Shown: one piece after another, positions 1 through 10,630 of the stretch
Layout: every line of letters starts with the position of its first letter
Position numbering within the stretch: the first letter of the stretch is position 1
Virus genome (UHGV): UHGV-1998140
DNA length: 50,335 nt
Source of the DNA: a virus
Strand: one strand, 5' to 3'
Notes under the pieces: model-generated
Told to the model about the DNA's origin: nothing
Databases searched by the model: none
The model's input: the letters and a program-made list of their open reading frames with translations, nothing else
Program-made: the position numbers and the translations under genes

Positions 1-3000
1 CCCGTTTTCCAGCGCCGTCGTCCGGTTCCCGATGCTGGACAACGTATCGCCCTGCTGAGTGACTTTCGTGGTCAGGGAGTCAACCGCAGAGGCCGCCGCG
101 TCTGCTGTGCCCTGCGCATTGTAAGCATCGGTGACATCTGTAATAACCAGGTCGTCGATATACAGGTTATAGCCTGGCGTATTGCTGCCGTTCGCCCCGC
201 GCGTGGAGATCCAGACCACAGCGCGCGTCGCGCCTTTCGCTGTGGCTTTTGCATAGCCGGAAAATTTAACCCATTTGTCACGACCGGCCAGCGCTGATTC
301 GCTGACATTCGCTGCCCCCAGCCATGAGTTCGCGCCCGCATCATTTTGTACGTTGAGACCGACGACAGTGACCCAGCCGCTGGACGGGTTTTCTCCGGCA
401 GGCATCATCGCCCAGAATTCAACCCTGAATACTGCCGTATCGCGAATGGCAAGGCGTGAGCCGATTAAATCATCGCTGTTGCCTGTCGTGTTCTGCGCGC
501 GCGAAACGCGCATACATTTGCCGCCCGAGTAACTGACCCCGGTGACCACTCGCGCTGACCCACCCAGGTTGTGGTTTGCGTCATAGGTTTCAAACGTTCC
601 GTCCAGCCACGGGTTTGAGCCTTTACGGGCATTAATATTCAGCGAGCTGTTCAGGCTGGTAATGCTGTCAGCCTGGCTGCTGATATCCTTTTCCGTCTGC
701 GTTACCCGATTAGATAACGCGTTTAAGGCAGTGGCGTCGGCTTTCTTCGTCACGTTAGCATTGGTGTCCGACAGGTCATTCCGCAGTTTTGTGATCGCCG
801 CCCCCTGGGAAGTTATGCTCCCCTCGGCACTGGTCACGCGTGTGGTCAGGTCACTGATTGCGGACGCGTTCGCTGAACCCGCAGTTTCATCAGTCACGTC
901 ATAAACGGCAATGCTGTCGACGACCACAACGGTTGCGGACGGATAGACATAAAAAGCAATCCTTGCGTCTGTGGTGGTGGCCGGCAACGCGGGTATATCT
1001 ACCGTCAGCGTTTCAAAACCATCTTTTCTGGTTACAACAGCCTGCGTCTGGGTGTAAGTGCCTGCGGTTTTCGAATTAAATATGCGGCATAAAATCCCGC
1101 CTGAGCCTGAAATTAGCCTGGCGCGGACCTTAAAACGGAACCGGCGGGATGAACTGACCGGGAACCATTTTGCGTTATTCGACATTAACCCCGGATTACT
1201 TGCGTCGCCAGTATGCGTGATGGTCACCCCGGCAGAACCATCCCCGCTTGAGGCACCCCACACAATGCGCCCGGCATTCTGCAGATTCCACGCATTTAAC
1301 TGGTTTCTGAAATCGTAGTTTTCAACCAGATTCTCACCGGTATCGCGGGCACTATCGAGCGAAGCTTCAAGCTGAGTGATGCTGTTGCTCTGGCTGGTCA
1401 GTTTCCCTTCGGCTTCGGTAACCCGGTTACTTAATGAGGTGACGGCTGACGCGTCGGCCTTCTTCGCGATGTTCTGGTTCGCGGTCGTCAGCCCGTTCTG
1501 CAGGCTGGTGATGCTGCTGCTCTGGCTGCTCAGGGTTTTGCCCTGTTCTGTCACGGTGTTCTGCAGCGACTGCAGCGCACTCGCATCCGCCTTTTTGTTA
1601 ACTGTGGCATTCGTCGTGGCCAGATCGTTCGTGAGTTTCGTGATGCTGCTGCTCTGACTCTCCAGCTTCCCTTCCGCGCTCGTTACCCGGTTGGTCAGAT
1701 TACTGATGGCAGTGGCGCTGGCAGCAATACTGGTCTCATCAGTCACGTCAATAAGATAGAAATCATCAAAATACTGCTCACCCGTCGCCAGCAGTACCAT
1801 AATGGAGACGTCAAGGACTGCCGTTTTCGTGGCTTTCCATGTGCCAGAAATTTCCTGCCAGACAGAGCCTGTCGGCAGCGTCGCGGGATTGAACTGCACC
1901 TCTTTCAGTGGTCCGCCGGATTCACCGATGCGCAGCTTGTTATTTCCGGCAGCGCCTGACGGCATTGTCGTGCCACCTGAAACACGCGTGAACACACCTA
2001 TTTTGTAGGTGCGATCCTTTATGAACGAAATCTTCTGAAGCAGCGAGACCACGTTACTGCCCGGCACCACCTTGAGGATTCGGGTGCCGTTGTACGGTGA
2101 CAATGCCGTTATGACTGACGTCGCTGACTGCCAGCCAGTAAACGCAGCCTGGCCGCGCTCGAATGACCCGTTGGAAATCAGGTTGCCGGGTATCGCCCGG
2201 GAGGCATCCGCATCAGCAACAGCTTCATTGAGGCTGTTGCTCAGCTGCGTCAGGCTGCTGCCCTGGCTTGTCAGCGTTTTGCCCTGCTCCGCCACGGTGT
2301 TTTGCAGCGTCTGCAGCGCACTCGCATCCGCCTTTTTGCTGACATTGGCATTCGTCGTCGACAGGTCGCTGGTCAGCTTCGTTATCGCGCTGTTCGCCGC
2401 CGTAATGTCTTTGCCCTGCTGCGTCACCGTGTTCTGCAGGGTCTGAACGGCACTCGCGTCCGCCTTCTGGCTGACGGTGCTGTTTGTCGTCTTCAGCCCG
2501 TTTTCCAGCGCCGTCGTCCGGTTCCCGATGCTGGACAACGTATCGCCCTGCTGAGTGACTTTCGTGGTCAGGGTATCCACTGCTGACGCGGTGGCATCGG
2601 CGATTTTCTGTGCGCGGTTCGCTGCGGTGACGTTGCGCAGATGCCAGTCTGCTGCATACCAGACCGTACCAAAGGGTGAACTCTGGTTAACCTGCAGGAA
2701 GGGGCGCAGGAAATTCGTGTCAGACGGCACCGTAAAGCGCCATGTTGCGCGCTTCCAGGCCGCCGTGGTTTTCGTGTTACCGCCAGAAAGTCTCGCTTTA
2801 ACCCCTTCCGTCGCTGAGGTGCCGCTGGCGATATAGAGATTAAAATCGGCCTGACCGGCGCCGCAGGCTACCAGGGCCGACATCTCGAAGACATCACCCG
2901 GAGTGACAGCAATGTTGTTTATTTTTGGGACATGATCGCGGCCTGCCAGACGAACCACGTACGCAAACGGGCAATCCCCGGGCACGCCAGCAGCGCCGGA

Positions 3001-6000
3001 TGATACGACGTCATACCCCATGCGGTCGTAAGAAGGATCAAATGCCGGGTTAGGTATATAGTCATCCCCGGCTGCTTTTGCGGCGCTAATTGAGCTGTTG
3101 AGGGAAGTGATATTACTGTTCGCTGCAGTCAGGCCACTTTCCGTCTTCTCCACTCGCCCGGTCAGTGACGTCAGCGCGCTCTGATCCGCCTTTTTACTCA
3201 CATTCGAGTTCGTCGTGGTCAGGTCATTCTGCAGCTTTGTGATTGCCTGGCTGTGGCTGGCCAGTTTCCCTTCCGCTGAGTCAACGCGACTGGTCAGGTC
3301 AGTCACGGCAGAGGCATTTGCCTTCTTCGACACCCCGGTCGACGAAAAAACGTCGACTTTACGGATATACAGACGCGCACTGTTTGACGGTACCCAGCCC
3401 CCGGCGGCAAACCGCAGATAGACATAATTCCCGGTAAAGTTTTCCGGAATGGTCAGCTCCACGGTTTTCGTCTGCCAGCTGGTCGTCACGCCACTCAGCC
3501 ACGGGGATTCTGAGGATAGCCAGGCGACAGGATTGCCCAAATCAGTTATCACACCAACGGTATCAGACGATACGCTGTTCATCGTTTCCGATGTTTTGTA
3601 CTCAAATGAGACGGTAAGCGTCAGCCCGGCCTCAGCAGGGATACGCGTGACGTTGGCAACCCGAACAGAGCCGGTTGTCGTTCTCAGCGCTTTTTCACCT
3701 GCATCATACGTGAATGCCGAGCCGGTACCGGAGTTCTCCCAGAACGACAGATCCACATCCATGCCGCCGTTACTAATCAGGCTCCCTTCAGCCAGGGTGT
3801 TTTTCAGCATCGTCAGCTGGCCAGACTGTGTGGTCAGGTTGCCTTCCGTCGCGGATACCCGGTTGGTTAACGCCGTGACCGCGCTCGCATCGGCCTTTTT
3901 ACTGACGTTTGAATTGGTTGTCGTCAGGTCGTTCTGCAGTTTAGCGATCGCGCTGCCCTGGCTGGTCAGCGTTTTATCCTGCTGGCTGACGCTGGACTGC
4001 AGGCCCGTGATGGCGTTGCTGTTTGCGGCCACGCCCGACTCTGCTTTACCGACGCGGTTAGACAGCGAGGTCAGCGAATTCCCCTGGCTGGTTAACGTAG
4101 TGCCCTGCTGTTCAACCTTTTGCGTGAGGGACTGCAGCGCGGTTGCATCGGCTTTTTTACCCAGACTGGTTTCCAGCCCGCTGATTTTGCTGGCCTGTGC
4201 GCTTTGTGCGGTCGACAGGGAACTCAGCTCCTCCGCCACCGAGGATTTATTCTCGTTGAACTGCGTCTGCAGCGATTCCCGGGCTGTCACCTCTGCTTTA
4301 TCAGCAGTGATACGGGCATTCATCTCCTGAAACAACAGGCCAGAGCGCAGGTCTGCCAGATTATTGCTTTCACTCGTCCCCCGCATCTGCGTGGCCAGCG
4401 TGGCTCGCTTATTCGCTTCTGCCGTATCGGCATTCGCACGGGCTGTCGATTCTTCGCGCAATGCTGCAGTGCTGGCTCCCGGCGTCGGTCGACCCACGGC
4501 AATCCAGTCAATGATGATGAAATTATCATCAGACTGATCCACCGTTAAATCGAGGCGAAACTGGACAACCGGCTTGCTGTCATCGCTTCCCCAGGGAATG
4601 TCCTGAATACTGAGAACAGCCCTGCCACTGCTGTCATAATCCGGCTCTGCGACGGTCAGCATGCGACTGTCGTTGAACGACTGACCTTCATAGCGCCAGC
4701 GGATTTGACCACTCCACGCGGGCGTCCCCGTTTTCTTAAGACGCAGTTTCAGAAAGCGGTACGCTGAGCCACTGATACTGATTCCAGGAGATGTAATGTA
4801 AGCATCTGTCGCATGGTTTGCCGGTCTCAGCCAGCCGTTTTCAACAACCGAAGGCGTGCCGCCGTTAGATGTCCAGCCTTCCCGGTCGTTATCAAAGTAC
4901 CAGATAGCCTGGCTGTCAAACTGCTCCCCGGTTCCCGCCGAAATCTGAGCCATCTGTGTGGCCAGAGAATCATTCACATTCTGGATGATTTGCTGTGTCG
5001 ACTCGATAGCTGCAACACGCTCGTTTTTTTCATTCAGCAGCTGGTCTGCCGCCTGCGCCGCTTTCGCGTTGACGTCCGCAATGCGGTCGGCAGTCTCCTG
5101 TTTTACCGCTTTGTCCCAGCCTGTATTCGCCTGGGCGATGGACTGTTTCAGACTGTTTTCAACCGTCTGCAGCTGGGATTTTAACGCAGCATCCCCTTCG
5201 GCCAGGGTTTTGTTAACGTCAGCGATCTGCTGGTCAACGGAGGCATTAATATCGCTCACGGCATCGGTGATGCTCTTGTTGACTGCCGTGATATTGTCAC
5301 TGAGCGTCTGATTTACGCTGTTGATATTCTCCGTTATCGACTTGTTGACCGCCTCTATCTGCCCGTCAACCTGCTGGCGGATCTCAGACGCGGAATCATC
5401 AATACTCTGGTTAATATCGGTGACCTGCTGCGCGACTTCTTCACGAATAGCATCGGCGGTTTTTGTCAGCTCCTTGTGGGTCTCCTCAATATCCCGCTGG
5501 GCTTCCTGCCAGGCTTCCGTATCCTTAATCGCATCGGTCAGCTTGTCGTAATACTCACCGATATCGTCGCTGGCCATCCCCTGCACCCAGGCGGTCCACG
5601 GGCTTTCATTGCCGATACGATCAACGATCCGCGCGCGGTACCAGAATATCGCCGCAATCTGCAGGCCCATCTGCTGATACGTTTTACCCGGATACGCCAC
5701 ATCAGACAGCGCCATCGCCCCGTTGCCGTTGGGATTAGGACTGTACTGCAGCTCGGTTTTCTGCGTATCGCCGCTCCCCTCCGGGAACTCCCAGTTCAGC
5801 TGCACGCCATGCAGCAGGGAAGTGGTGGTCAGCGCCAGCGGTGCCGACGGCAAACCGATTTTTCCGGTCAGCGTTTTCTCTTCTGAGTATGCCCAGCCGC
5901 TGGAGACCTCTGCAGCGTTGATCGCCCGGACACGGGCCAGATAACGACCGGCGTAAATGCCGCTGACCTCGAACGAGGTGGTCGAGCTGCGCGGCACGTT

Positions 6001-8004
6001 AATCCAGTTACCGTCATTACGTCGCCACTGCGCTTCATACGAAATCGCATCTTTCACCGCATTCCAGTGCACCTGCATCGTTTCAACGCTGATGCCCTGA
6101 TTCACCACAGAATACGAGCTGATGACGATATTTTCCGGCGGTGACTGGTTCCCCGGAGGAATAACGCTTATCGGGCGCTGGTCGATGATCGCGCCGGTAT
6201 CGATACGCGGAAATTTATCCGGGTCGTGGGCCACGCCGGTGATTGTATACGTGGCATTGTTGTTGTCCTTTACCCCAATCACGCGGTACTGCTGTGTATA
6301 CAGATCGTCGGACTCAATAACCCATACGCACTCTGTTTCCGGCGTCTCACTGTAGGCCGTAGTGACTGTTATCTGCCGTCGACCGTTGACTGACTGGATC
6401 GTCCGGGCCTGAGATATGCCTGACGGTAGGTTCAGCTGCAGCCGGTCACCGGCTTTTGCATCAGTATCCCGGTCAAGGGTAATCACCCGGCCATTAACCG
6501 CACTGATACGCCCGCCGTTCACGCGTCCGGCCAGCAGTTCATCAGCCAGGCCAATGATGTAGCCCGGCTGCGGAATTTTGCCATCGAGACCGACATCGAT
6601 TTCAACCATGCGGTCTTTGTTGTTGGTCAGAATGCCCCACAGCCCTTTCCTGTGGGCTTCGCTCTGCCGGGTACACCCAATGGCCGTCACTTCGAGCTGG
6701 TTAAAGCTGTAGCGGGAAACCAGCTCCGGGACGAACGCCGGTTCCATCGCATCAGCATACGCATTCGCCGGGTCGGACCAGGAGACCAGCGCGTTGGTGT
6801 AGCGGGCCTTGCTTGTGCTGCTCGAATAACGCGGTTTGCCAATAATGTTCGCCCGCGTGTAGTTGAAATCAACATCGCGCGGCATATCCGCCTGCACAAC
6901 AATCTGCTCACCGCTCCAGCAGGTCATTCCCCGGAAAATAGCCGCAAAGTCACGCAGCACGGTGTAGGCATCATTGCGTTCCTGCACGTAAACGTTACAG
7001 AGATAGCGAGGCTCCATGCCATCGCCGCCCCTGCCATCGGGGACCATCTGATCGCAATACTGCGCAATCTGGTACAGCGTCCATTTAGAGATATTCGCGC
7101 TGGTCAGACGGTTGCCGAGGCCAAACCGGTCTGAAACAACGATATCGTAATAAATCCATGCCGGGTTATCCGTCCAGGCCCATTTAAACCCGCCGGTCCA
7201 GGTGCCGGTATACTCGCGGCTCTCCGGGTTGTAGTTATCAGGAACGCGGATCACGCGCCCGCGTGGCTCACAGGAAATTTGCGGGATGGAACCATTAAAC
7301 TGGCTGGAGTCGAACTCGATATAGAGCAGCGCGGTATGCGGATAGCGCAGCTTCGCGTCGATTACTTCTGTGTAGCTCTGTAACGTCATCACATCGCCGA
7401 TTTTGACGCTGTTGGCGTCCGGCGATACTTTCCGCAGGCGGAGCGTCCATGTGCTCCCCGCTTGCGGCAGGTCGATGCGGTGGCTGCGCTCATAGCCGGA
7501 AGTGGTTTTCCCGGTAACCGCCGTTTCCAGCACGGTCTGCCATGCACCGCCATCTGTCTGCAAATCGATGGCGTATTTAACCGTGTTGCCCACCACGTCA
7601 CCATCATCTTCCTGCTTCATCAGGGACGGCCACTTCAGACGGACGCGGACGGCAGATAGCTGAGTATTTGTAAACGTATGGCTCCAGGCGGTTTCGCTGG
7701 ATATTTCTGTTCCGACGCTGATTTCATTTTCAGTGCCGGGAATGCCTTGAATATATTTTTGTGCCTGTGTTCCGGGACGAAATTCCCAGGCCACGCCGGA
7801 AAAGTTCTCTGACCCGTCGGCATTTAATAGCGGGGTACCATCGAGATAAATATCCTTGCCCGTTAATTCACCTGCAAATTCTCCCTCGCCCAGCGCGATG
7901 AGAATTTTGGCTTTTGCTACGGACTGTAAATCATCCGGCTGCTCCGTCGGCGTGCGCTGGCTTGAGCTGCCACCTTTGCGCCCTTTGATTATGTTATTTG
8001 CCAT
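1..8004 (-). CDS. Host specificity / central tail fibre protein J-like, giant form (partial; 3' end beyond window start; >2667 codons in window)
   Basis: ATG at 8004; minus-strand frame 0 has no closed ORF anywhere in 1-8004 while the other frames do; by-eye translation starts MANNIIKGRKGG, includes an FN3-like segment, then repeated KKADxSAxxxLTxRV coiled-coil units; sits downstream of I/K/L/M. Confidence 0.8.
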   Translation of the reverse strand, partial: MANNIIKGRKGGSSSQRTPTEQPDDLQSVAKAKILIALGEGEFAGELTGKDIYLDGTPLLNADGSENFSGVAWEFRPGTQAQKYIQGIPGTENEISVGTEISSETAWSHTFTNTQLSAVRVRLKWPSLMKQEDDGDVVGNTVKYAIDLQTDGGAWQTVLETAVTGKTTSGYERSHRIDLPQAGSTWTLRLRKVSPDANSVKIGDVMTLQSYTEVIDAKLRYPHTALLYIEFDSSQFNGSIPQISCEPRGRVIRVPDNYNPESREYTGTWTGGFKWAWTDNPAWIYYDIVVSDRFGLGNRLTSANISKWTLYQIAQYCDQMVPDGRGGDGMEPRYLCNVYVQERNDAYTVLRDFAAIFRGMTCWSGEQIVVQADMPRDVDFNYTRANIIGKPRYSSSTSKARYTNALVSWSDPANAYADAMEPAFVPELVSRYSFNQLEVTAIGCTRQSEAHRKGLWGILTNNKDRMVEIDVGLDGKIPQPGYIIGLADELLAGRVNGGRISAVNGRVITLDRDTDAKAGDRLQLNLPSGISQARTIQSVNGRRQITVTTAYSETPETECVWVIESDDLYTQQYRVIGVKDNNNATYTITGVAHDPDKFPRIDTGAIIDQRPISVIPPGNQSPPENIVISSYSVVNQGISVETMQVHWNAVKDAISYEAQWRRNDGNWINVPRSSTTSFEVSGIYAGRYLARVRAINAAEVSSGWAYSEEKTLTGKIGLPSAPLALTTTSLLHGVQLNWEFPEGSGDTQKTELQYSPNPNGNGAMALSDVAYPGKTYQQMGLQIAAIFWYRARIVDRIGNESPWTAWVQGMASDDIGEYYDKLTDAIKDTEAWQEAQRDIEETHKELTKTADAIREEVAQQVTDINQSIDDSASEIRQQVDGQIEAVNKSITENINSVNQTLSDNITAVNKSITDAVSDINASVDQQIADVNKTLAEGDAALKSQLQTVENSLKQSIAQANTGWDKAVKQETADRIADVNAKAAQAADQLLNEKNERVAAIESTQQIIQNVNDSLATQMAQISAGTGEQFDSQAIWYFDNDREGWTSNGGTPSVVENGWLRPANHATDAYITSPGISISGSAYRFLKLRLKKTGTPAWSGQIRWRYEGQSFNDSRMLTVAEPDYDSSGRAVLSIQDIPWGSDDSKPVVQFRLDLTVDQSDDNFIIIDWIAVGRPTPGASTAALREESTARANADTAEANKRATLATQMRGTSESNNLADLRSGLLFQEMNARITADKAEVTARESLQTQFNENKSSVAEELSSLSTAQSAQASKISGLETSLGKKADATALQSLTQKVEQQGTTLTSQGNSLTSLSNRVGKAESGVAANSNAITGLQSSVSQQDKTLTSQGSAIAKLQNDLTTTNSNVSKKADASAVTALTNRVSATEGNLTTQSGQLTMLKNTLAEGSLISNGGMDVDLSFWENSGTGSAFTYDAGEKALRTTTGSVRVANVTRIPAEAGLTLTVSFEYKTSETMNSVSSDTVGVITDLGNPVAWLSSESPWLSGVTTSWQTKTVELTIPENFTGNYVYLRFAAGGWVPSNSARLYIRKVDVFSSTGVSKKANASAVTDLTSRVDSAEGKLASHSQAITKLQNDLTTTNSNVSKKADQSALTSLTGRVEKTESGLTAANSNITSLNSSISAAKAAGDDYIPNPAFDPSYDRMGYDVVSSGAAGVPGDCPFAYVVRLAGRDHVPKINNIAVTPGDVFEMSALVACGAGQADFNLYIASGTSATEGVKARLSGGNTKTTAAWKRATWRFTVPSDTNFLRPFLQVNQSSPFGTVWYAADWHLRNVTAANRAQKIADATASAVDTLTTKVTQQGDTLSSIGNRTTALENGLKTTNSTVSQKADASAVQTLQNTVTQQGKDITAANSAITKLTSDLSTTNANVSKKADASALQTLQNTVAEQGKTLTSQGSSLTQLSNSLNEAVADADASRAIPGNLISNGSFERGQAAFTGWQSATSVITALSPYNGTRILKVVPGSNVVSLLQKISFIKDRTYKIGVFTRVSGGTTMPSGAAGNNKLRIGESGGPLKEVQFNPATLPTGSVWQEISGTWKATKTAVLDVSIMVLLATGEQYFDDFYLIDVTDETSIAASATAISNLTNRVTSAEGKLESQSSSITKLTNDLATTNATVNKKADASALQSLQNTVTEQGKTLSSQSSSITSLQNGLTTANQNIAKKADASAVTSLSNRVTEAEGKLTSQSNSITQLEASLDSARDTGENLVENYDFRNQLNAWNLQNAGRIVWGASSGDGSAGVTITHTGDASNPGLMSNNAKWFPVSSSRRFRFKVRARLISGSGGILCRIFNSKTAGTYTQTQAVVTRKDGFETLTVDIPALPATTTDARIAFYVYPSATVVVVDSIAVYDVTDETAGSANASAISDLTTRVTSAEGSITSQGAAITKLRNDLSDTNANVTKKADATALNALSNRVTQTEKDISSQADSITSLNSSLNINARKGSNPWLDGTFETYDANHNLGGSARVVTGVSYSGGKCMRVSRAQNTTGNSDDLIGSRLAIRDTAVFRVEFWAMMPAGENPSSGWVTVVGLNVQNDAGANSWLGAANVSESALAGRDKWVKFSGYAKATAKGATRAVVWISTRGANGSNTPGYNLYIDDLVITDVTDAYNAQGTADAAASAVDSLTTKVTQQGDTLSSIGNRTTALENG

Positions 8005-8015
8005 ATCGCGTCCAT

Positions 8016-8038
8016 AAAAAAAGCCACCGCAAGGTGGC
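8016..8038 (-). terminator. Rho-independent terminator-like hairpin between tail gene I and J
   Basis: GCCACC-gcaa-GGTGGC stem followed on the minus strand by a 7-U tract, 12 nt upstream of the J start. Confidence 0.45.
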
Positions 8039-8067
8039 CTGTACTGGAGGAATTACTGACTGATTAT

Positions 8068-8667
8068 TTATTGCTGGTCTTCGACGTATATTCCTGCGGA
8101 AATAATCGCGCCGCCAATTCGCCGCTTACCATAAAGCAAACCAACGGGATAACCCTGTGAGGCGGTATTTGTTACACCGCCAAAGGCATAGCTGGCTTTA
8201 TTCTCGGGAGATTCTCTGCGGGCTAGACCTCCGGGCTGAGGGGAAAGCATCTGGACGACGCCGCCTAGCATCATGGCTGCGCCGCTGGTCATAAGGCTTG
8301 CAGCCAGTGGAGAAGCCGTCCCGCCCGAAACATACGTCATTACCGCGCCCACAACGACCAGCACTGCGCCAAGAATCGTTTGAAGAATTCCGGCCTTTTT
8401 ACTACCAATGACGACAGGAACGATGCGGACTACTTCTCCTGTAGCAGGAAATCCCAAATCATCCTTACCAATATTCTTCTTGCCCCGGAAAACAGCAAAG
8501 GTCAGTCCCTGTTCCTTGCTGTTAAGCATGAATTTTTCGAACCCAGGAATGGTCGCCGCTAATGCGGCCCCCGCTTCATGAATTGTGCTAATTAAACGAT
8601 AGTGGAACCTGCCAAAGGTTTTTCCCAAAACGCCAGAAAGCTCTATTCGTGTCATGGTTTCTTGCAT
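8068..8667 (-). CDS. Tail assembly protein I-like
   Basis: 199 aa, Gly/Ala-rich hydrophobic C-terminal half resembling lambda gpI; positioned between K and J. Confidence 0.75.
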   Translation of the reverse strand: MQETMTRIELSGVLGKTFGRFHYRLISTIHEAGAALAATIPGFEKFMLNSKEQGLTFAVFRGKKNIGKDDLGFPATGEVVRIVPVVIGSKKAGILQTILGAVLVVVGAVMTYVSGGTASPLAASLMTSGAAMMLGGVVQMLSPQPGGLARRESPENKASYAFGGVTNTASQGYPVGLLYGKRRIGGAIISAGIYVEDQQ

Positions 8668-8712
8668 ATATATTCCATTTAAAAACCCGGTTAAGCCTAG
8701 TTTTAGTGTTAT

Positions 8713-9096
8713 TTACTGTCCGCATAGCTTACGTATAGCCATGTACCTAATAGTATCGGCCTCATCACGAACGTATACTTTACTGGATAAATAATACTTT
8801 GGTGACATAAATGGCAATAATGTAGGCTCAGCAACCAGTGTTATAGCAAAGGGGGTCGGTCCGTTATAGGCACCAAAACTATTTCTCCCGTTAACTTTCC
8901 CGATTATGCAATATGCGCCATTTCCAATATCTCTATCATTTATTTCTCTTGTTACCAAATCAGTAAATTCGGCACTATCAGGATCTTTCATTATCCTTTT
9001 AATTTCTTTCTTCGCGATATCAGTAATCTGATCATTACCTGGCTTACAGCCTGCCAGGCAAATAGCGCATAAAAATACAGTTAAAAAATTCCTCAC
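8713..9096 (-). CDS. Lipoprotein (moron inserted between tail genes I and K)
   Basis: GTG start at 9096 with AAGGAG 6 nt upstream; N-terminus MRNFLTVFLCAICLAGC is a lipoprotein signal peptide with lipobox; ORF-track ATG at 9117 is probably too far upstream. Confidence 0.6.
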   Translation of the reverse strand: MRNFLTVFLCAICLAGCKPGNDQITDIAKKEIKRIMKDPDSAEFTDLVTREINDRDIGNGAYCIIGKVNGRNSFGAYNGPTPFAITLVAEPTLLPFMSPKYYLSSKVYVRDEADTIRYMAIRKLCGQ

Positions 9097-9162
9097 TTGC
9101 TTCTCCTTTTCAGTCAAAAACTTAAAGTCCCTTGTAGGATAAACCTGAATATGAAGAGAAGG

Positions 9163-9873
9163 CTAACACAGAGAGTGATGGCGAACGATTTTCATCGTTC
9201 GGTCTAACCAGTACCCGCCATACGGCACTCGCTGGCTGAGGTGGCCATAGAGATGGTGCAGCAGCATGTTCCCTTCCAGCAGAATCCCGGCATGGTTCCA
9301 CTTATCTGCCTGCACCTGCATGATGACCATATCGCCCGGCTGCGGCGGGCCATCAAATTCACGGAACCCGCATTCGTACCAGCAATCATGGTAGAAGTTA
9401 TCCGGATAATCGTTTTCCCACCAGTGATAGTCGACACGGTAGTCATGCAGCTCGATGCCGTGGGTCTGCCGAAAATAACTCATCACCAGCCCCCAACAGT
9501 CGTAATGGCCAAGCACGAACGGTCGCTCGATGAGCGGCAGCTCACCCCTTGGATGGATGGTGCGGAGATCGCCTTCCGGCCAACTGATGATATGCCAGGG
9601 GAGCAGCGTGGCATCACACTGCGCTTTATCCAGTTCGCTGGGCTGAGTGGTCGCATCCGGATGGCTGTGAACAATACCGATGACCACACCCCAATCTTCT
9701 ACCTCTGCGTAATCTTCTGGAGCCAGGACGAAATTATCATTCGACTCGCTGGCCAGGTTCCTGCAGGGGAAATAGCGCTCAACACGCCCCTTCTGAGCAA
9801 GCAGCCCGCAGGCCTCTCGCGGGTACTCAGACGCAGCATGCGTCTGAATGGCTTTAATCGTTTTCTGACGCAT
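9163..9873 (-). CDS. Tail assembly protein K-like (MPN/JAMM plus NlpC/P60-like)
   Basis: 236 aa; HSHP JAMM-type motif and Cys/His-rich C-terminal half as in lambda gpK. Confidence 0.8.
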   Translation of the reverse strand: MRQKTIKAIQTHAASEYPREACGLLAQKGRVERYFPCRNLASESNDNFVLAPEDYAEVEDWGVVIGIVHSHPDATTQPSELDKAQCDATLLPWHIISWPEGDLRTIHPRGELPLIERPFVLGHYDCWGLVMSYFRQTHGIELHDYRVDYHWWENDYPDNFYHDCWYECGFREFDGPPQPGDMVIMQVQADKWNHAGILLEGNMLLHHLYGHLSQRVPYGGYWLDRTMKIVRHHSLC

Positions 9874-9874
9874 A

Positions 9875-10630
9875 TCAGCTCCTTATCAACGACGTGCCAG
9901 GGAACCCCCCGAACGGCAGCTCGTTGTTTTCACCAAAGCGCAATTTGCACGCCGAGAGCGTCCCATTGCAGACGTCCTTCGAAGGGTCATCGACCGGTTT
10001 GTTGTTCTTATCGAAATATTTTGTCCCGGCATAATCACAACCATCGCCGCTGCGGTACTGGTTGCGAATACACCAGGTGCAAATCGAGTGGTATTGCCGG
10101 GTAGGAATCATTAGCCCCTGCAGGTCCAGCGGGCTTGATAGGGTGAACTCCACCGCTTCATCGGTTTCAAGATTTTTGGCATCGATAAAATACAGCTGAC
10201 GCTTTTCCTGCGTAGGGTCTGCGGACGCGTTTCCCTCCGTGAAATTTCGCGCATCGAGATACTGCTTTTGAGTCTCATGTATCGTGATCCGCGCCTGCGC
10301 CATGTCGTCGTAATACAGGCATAGCGCTGTAATTGATCCGTCGATATTGCCCACCCGCAGCGTTGGTTGCGCATCGCTCCCCGAGGTGCTGGATTCAATC
10401 CCTTCCAGCTCGCACGGCCAGGCTTTATATTCGATACCCTGCCACCAGATACTTTTCGCGGGTAATGCTGCTTCATCCCCACCGGCAGCGATGATTTCCT
10501 CTGCTGAATGTGGAACGTTATAACCGTGGAAATACAAGACCTCGCCCATATTAAAAGCGCGGCCGTCTATTTCGAACAACCGGATTTCATCACCCGGCTC
10601 CAGTTTCTGGTAATTTGCATTCAGACTCAT
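9875..10630 (-). CDS. Minor tail protein L-like
   Basis: 251 aa, Cys-rich C-terminus, synteny between M and K. Confidence 0.8.
   Translation of the reverse strand: MSLNANYQKLEPGDEIRLFEIDGRAFNMGEVLYFHGYNVPHSAEEIIAAGGDEAALPAKSIWWQGIEYKAWPCELEGIESSTSGSDAQPTLRVGNIDGSITALCLYYDDMAQARITIHETQKQYLDARNFTEGNASADPTQEKRQLYFIDAKNLETDEAVEFTLSSPLDLQGLMIPTRQYHSICTWCIRNQYRSGDGCDYAGTKYFDKNNKPVDDPSKDVCNGTLSACKLRFGENNELPFGGFPGTSLIRS

Noticed and set aside
275-5944. Many plus-strand ORFs of 60-293 aa inside the first 8 kb (for example 3449-4330, 4120-4548, 5476-5886)
   Set aside because: They lie antisense to the continuous minus-strand J-like frame and their translations are low-complexity repeats, as expected opposite a repetitive coding region.
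9241-10104. 287-aa plus-strand ORF overlapping the K and L genes
   Set aside because: Antisense to two syntenic tail genes with recognisable motifs; His/Arg/Cys-rich junk-like translation; no RBS.
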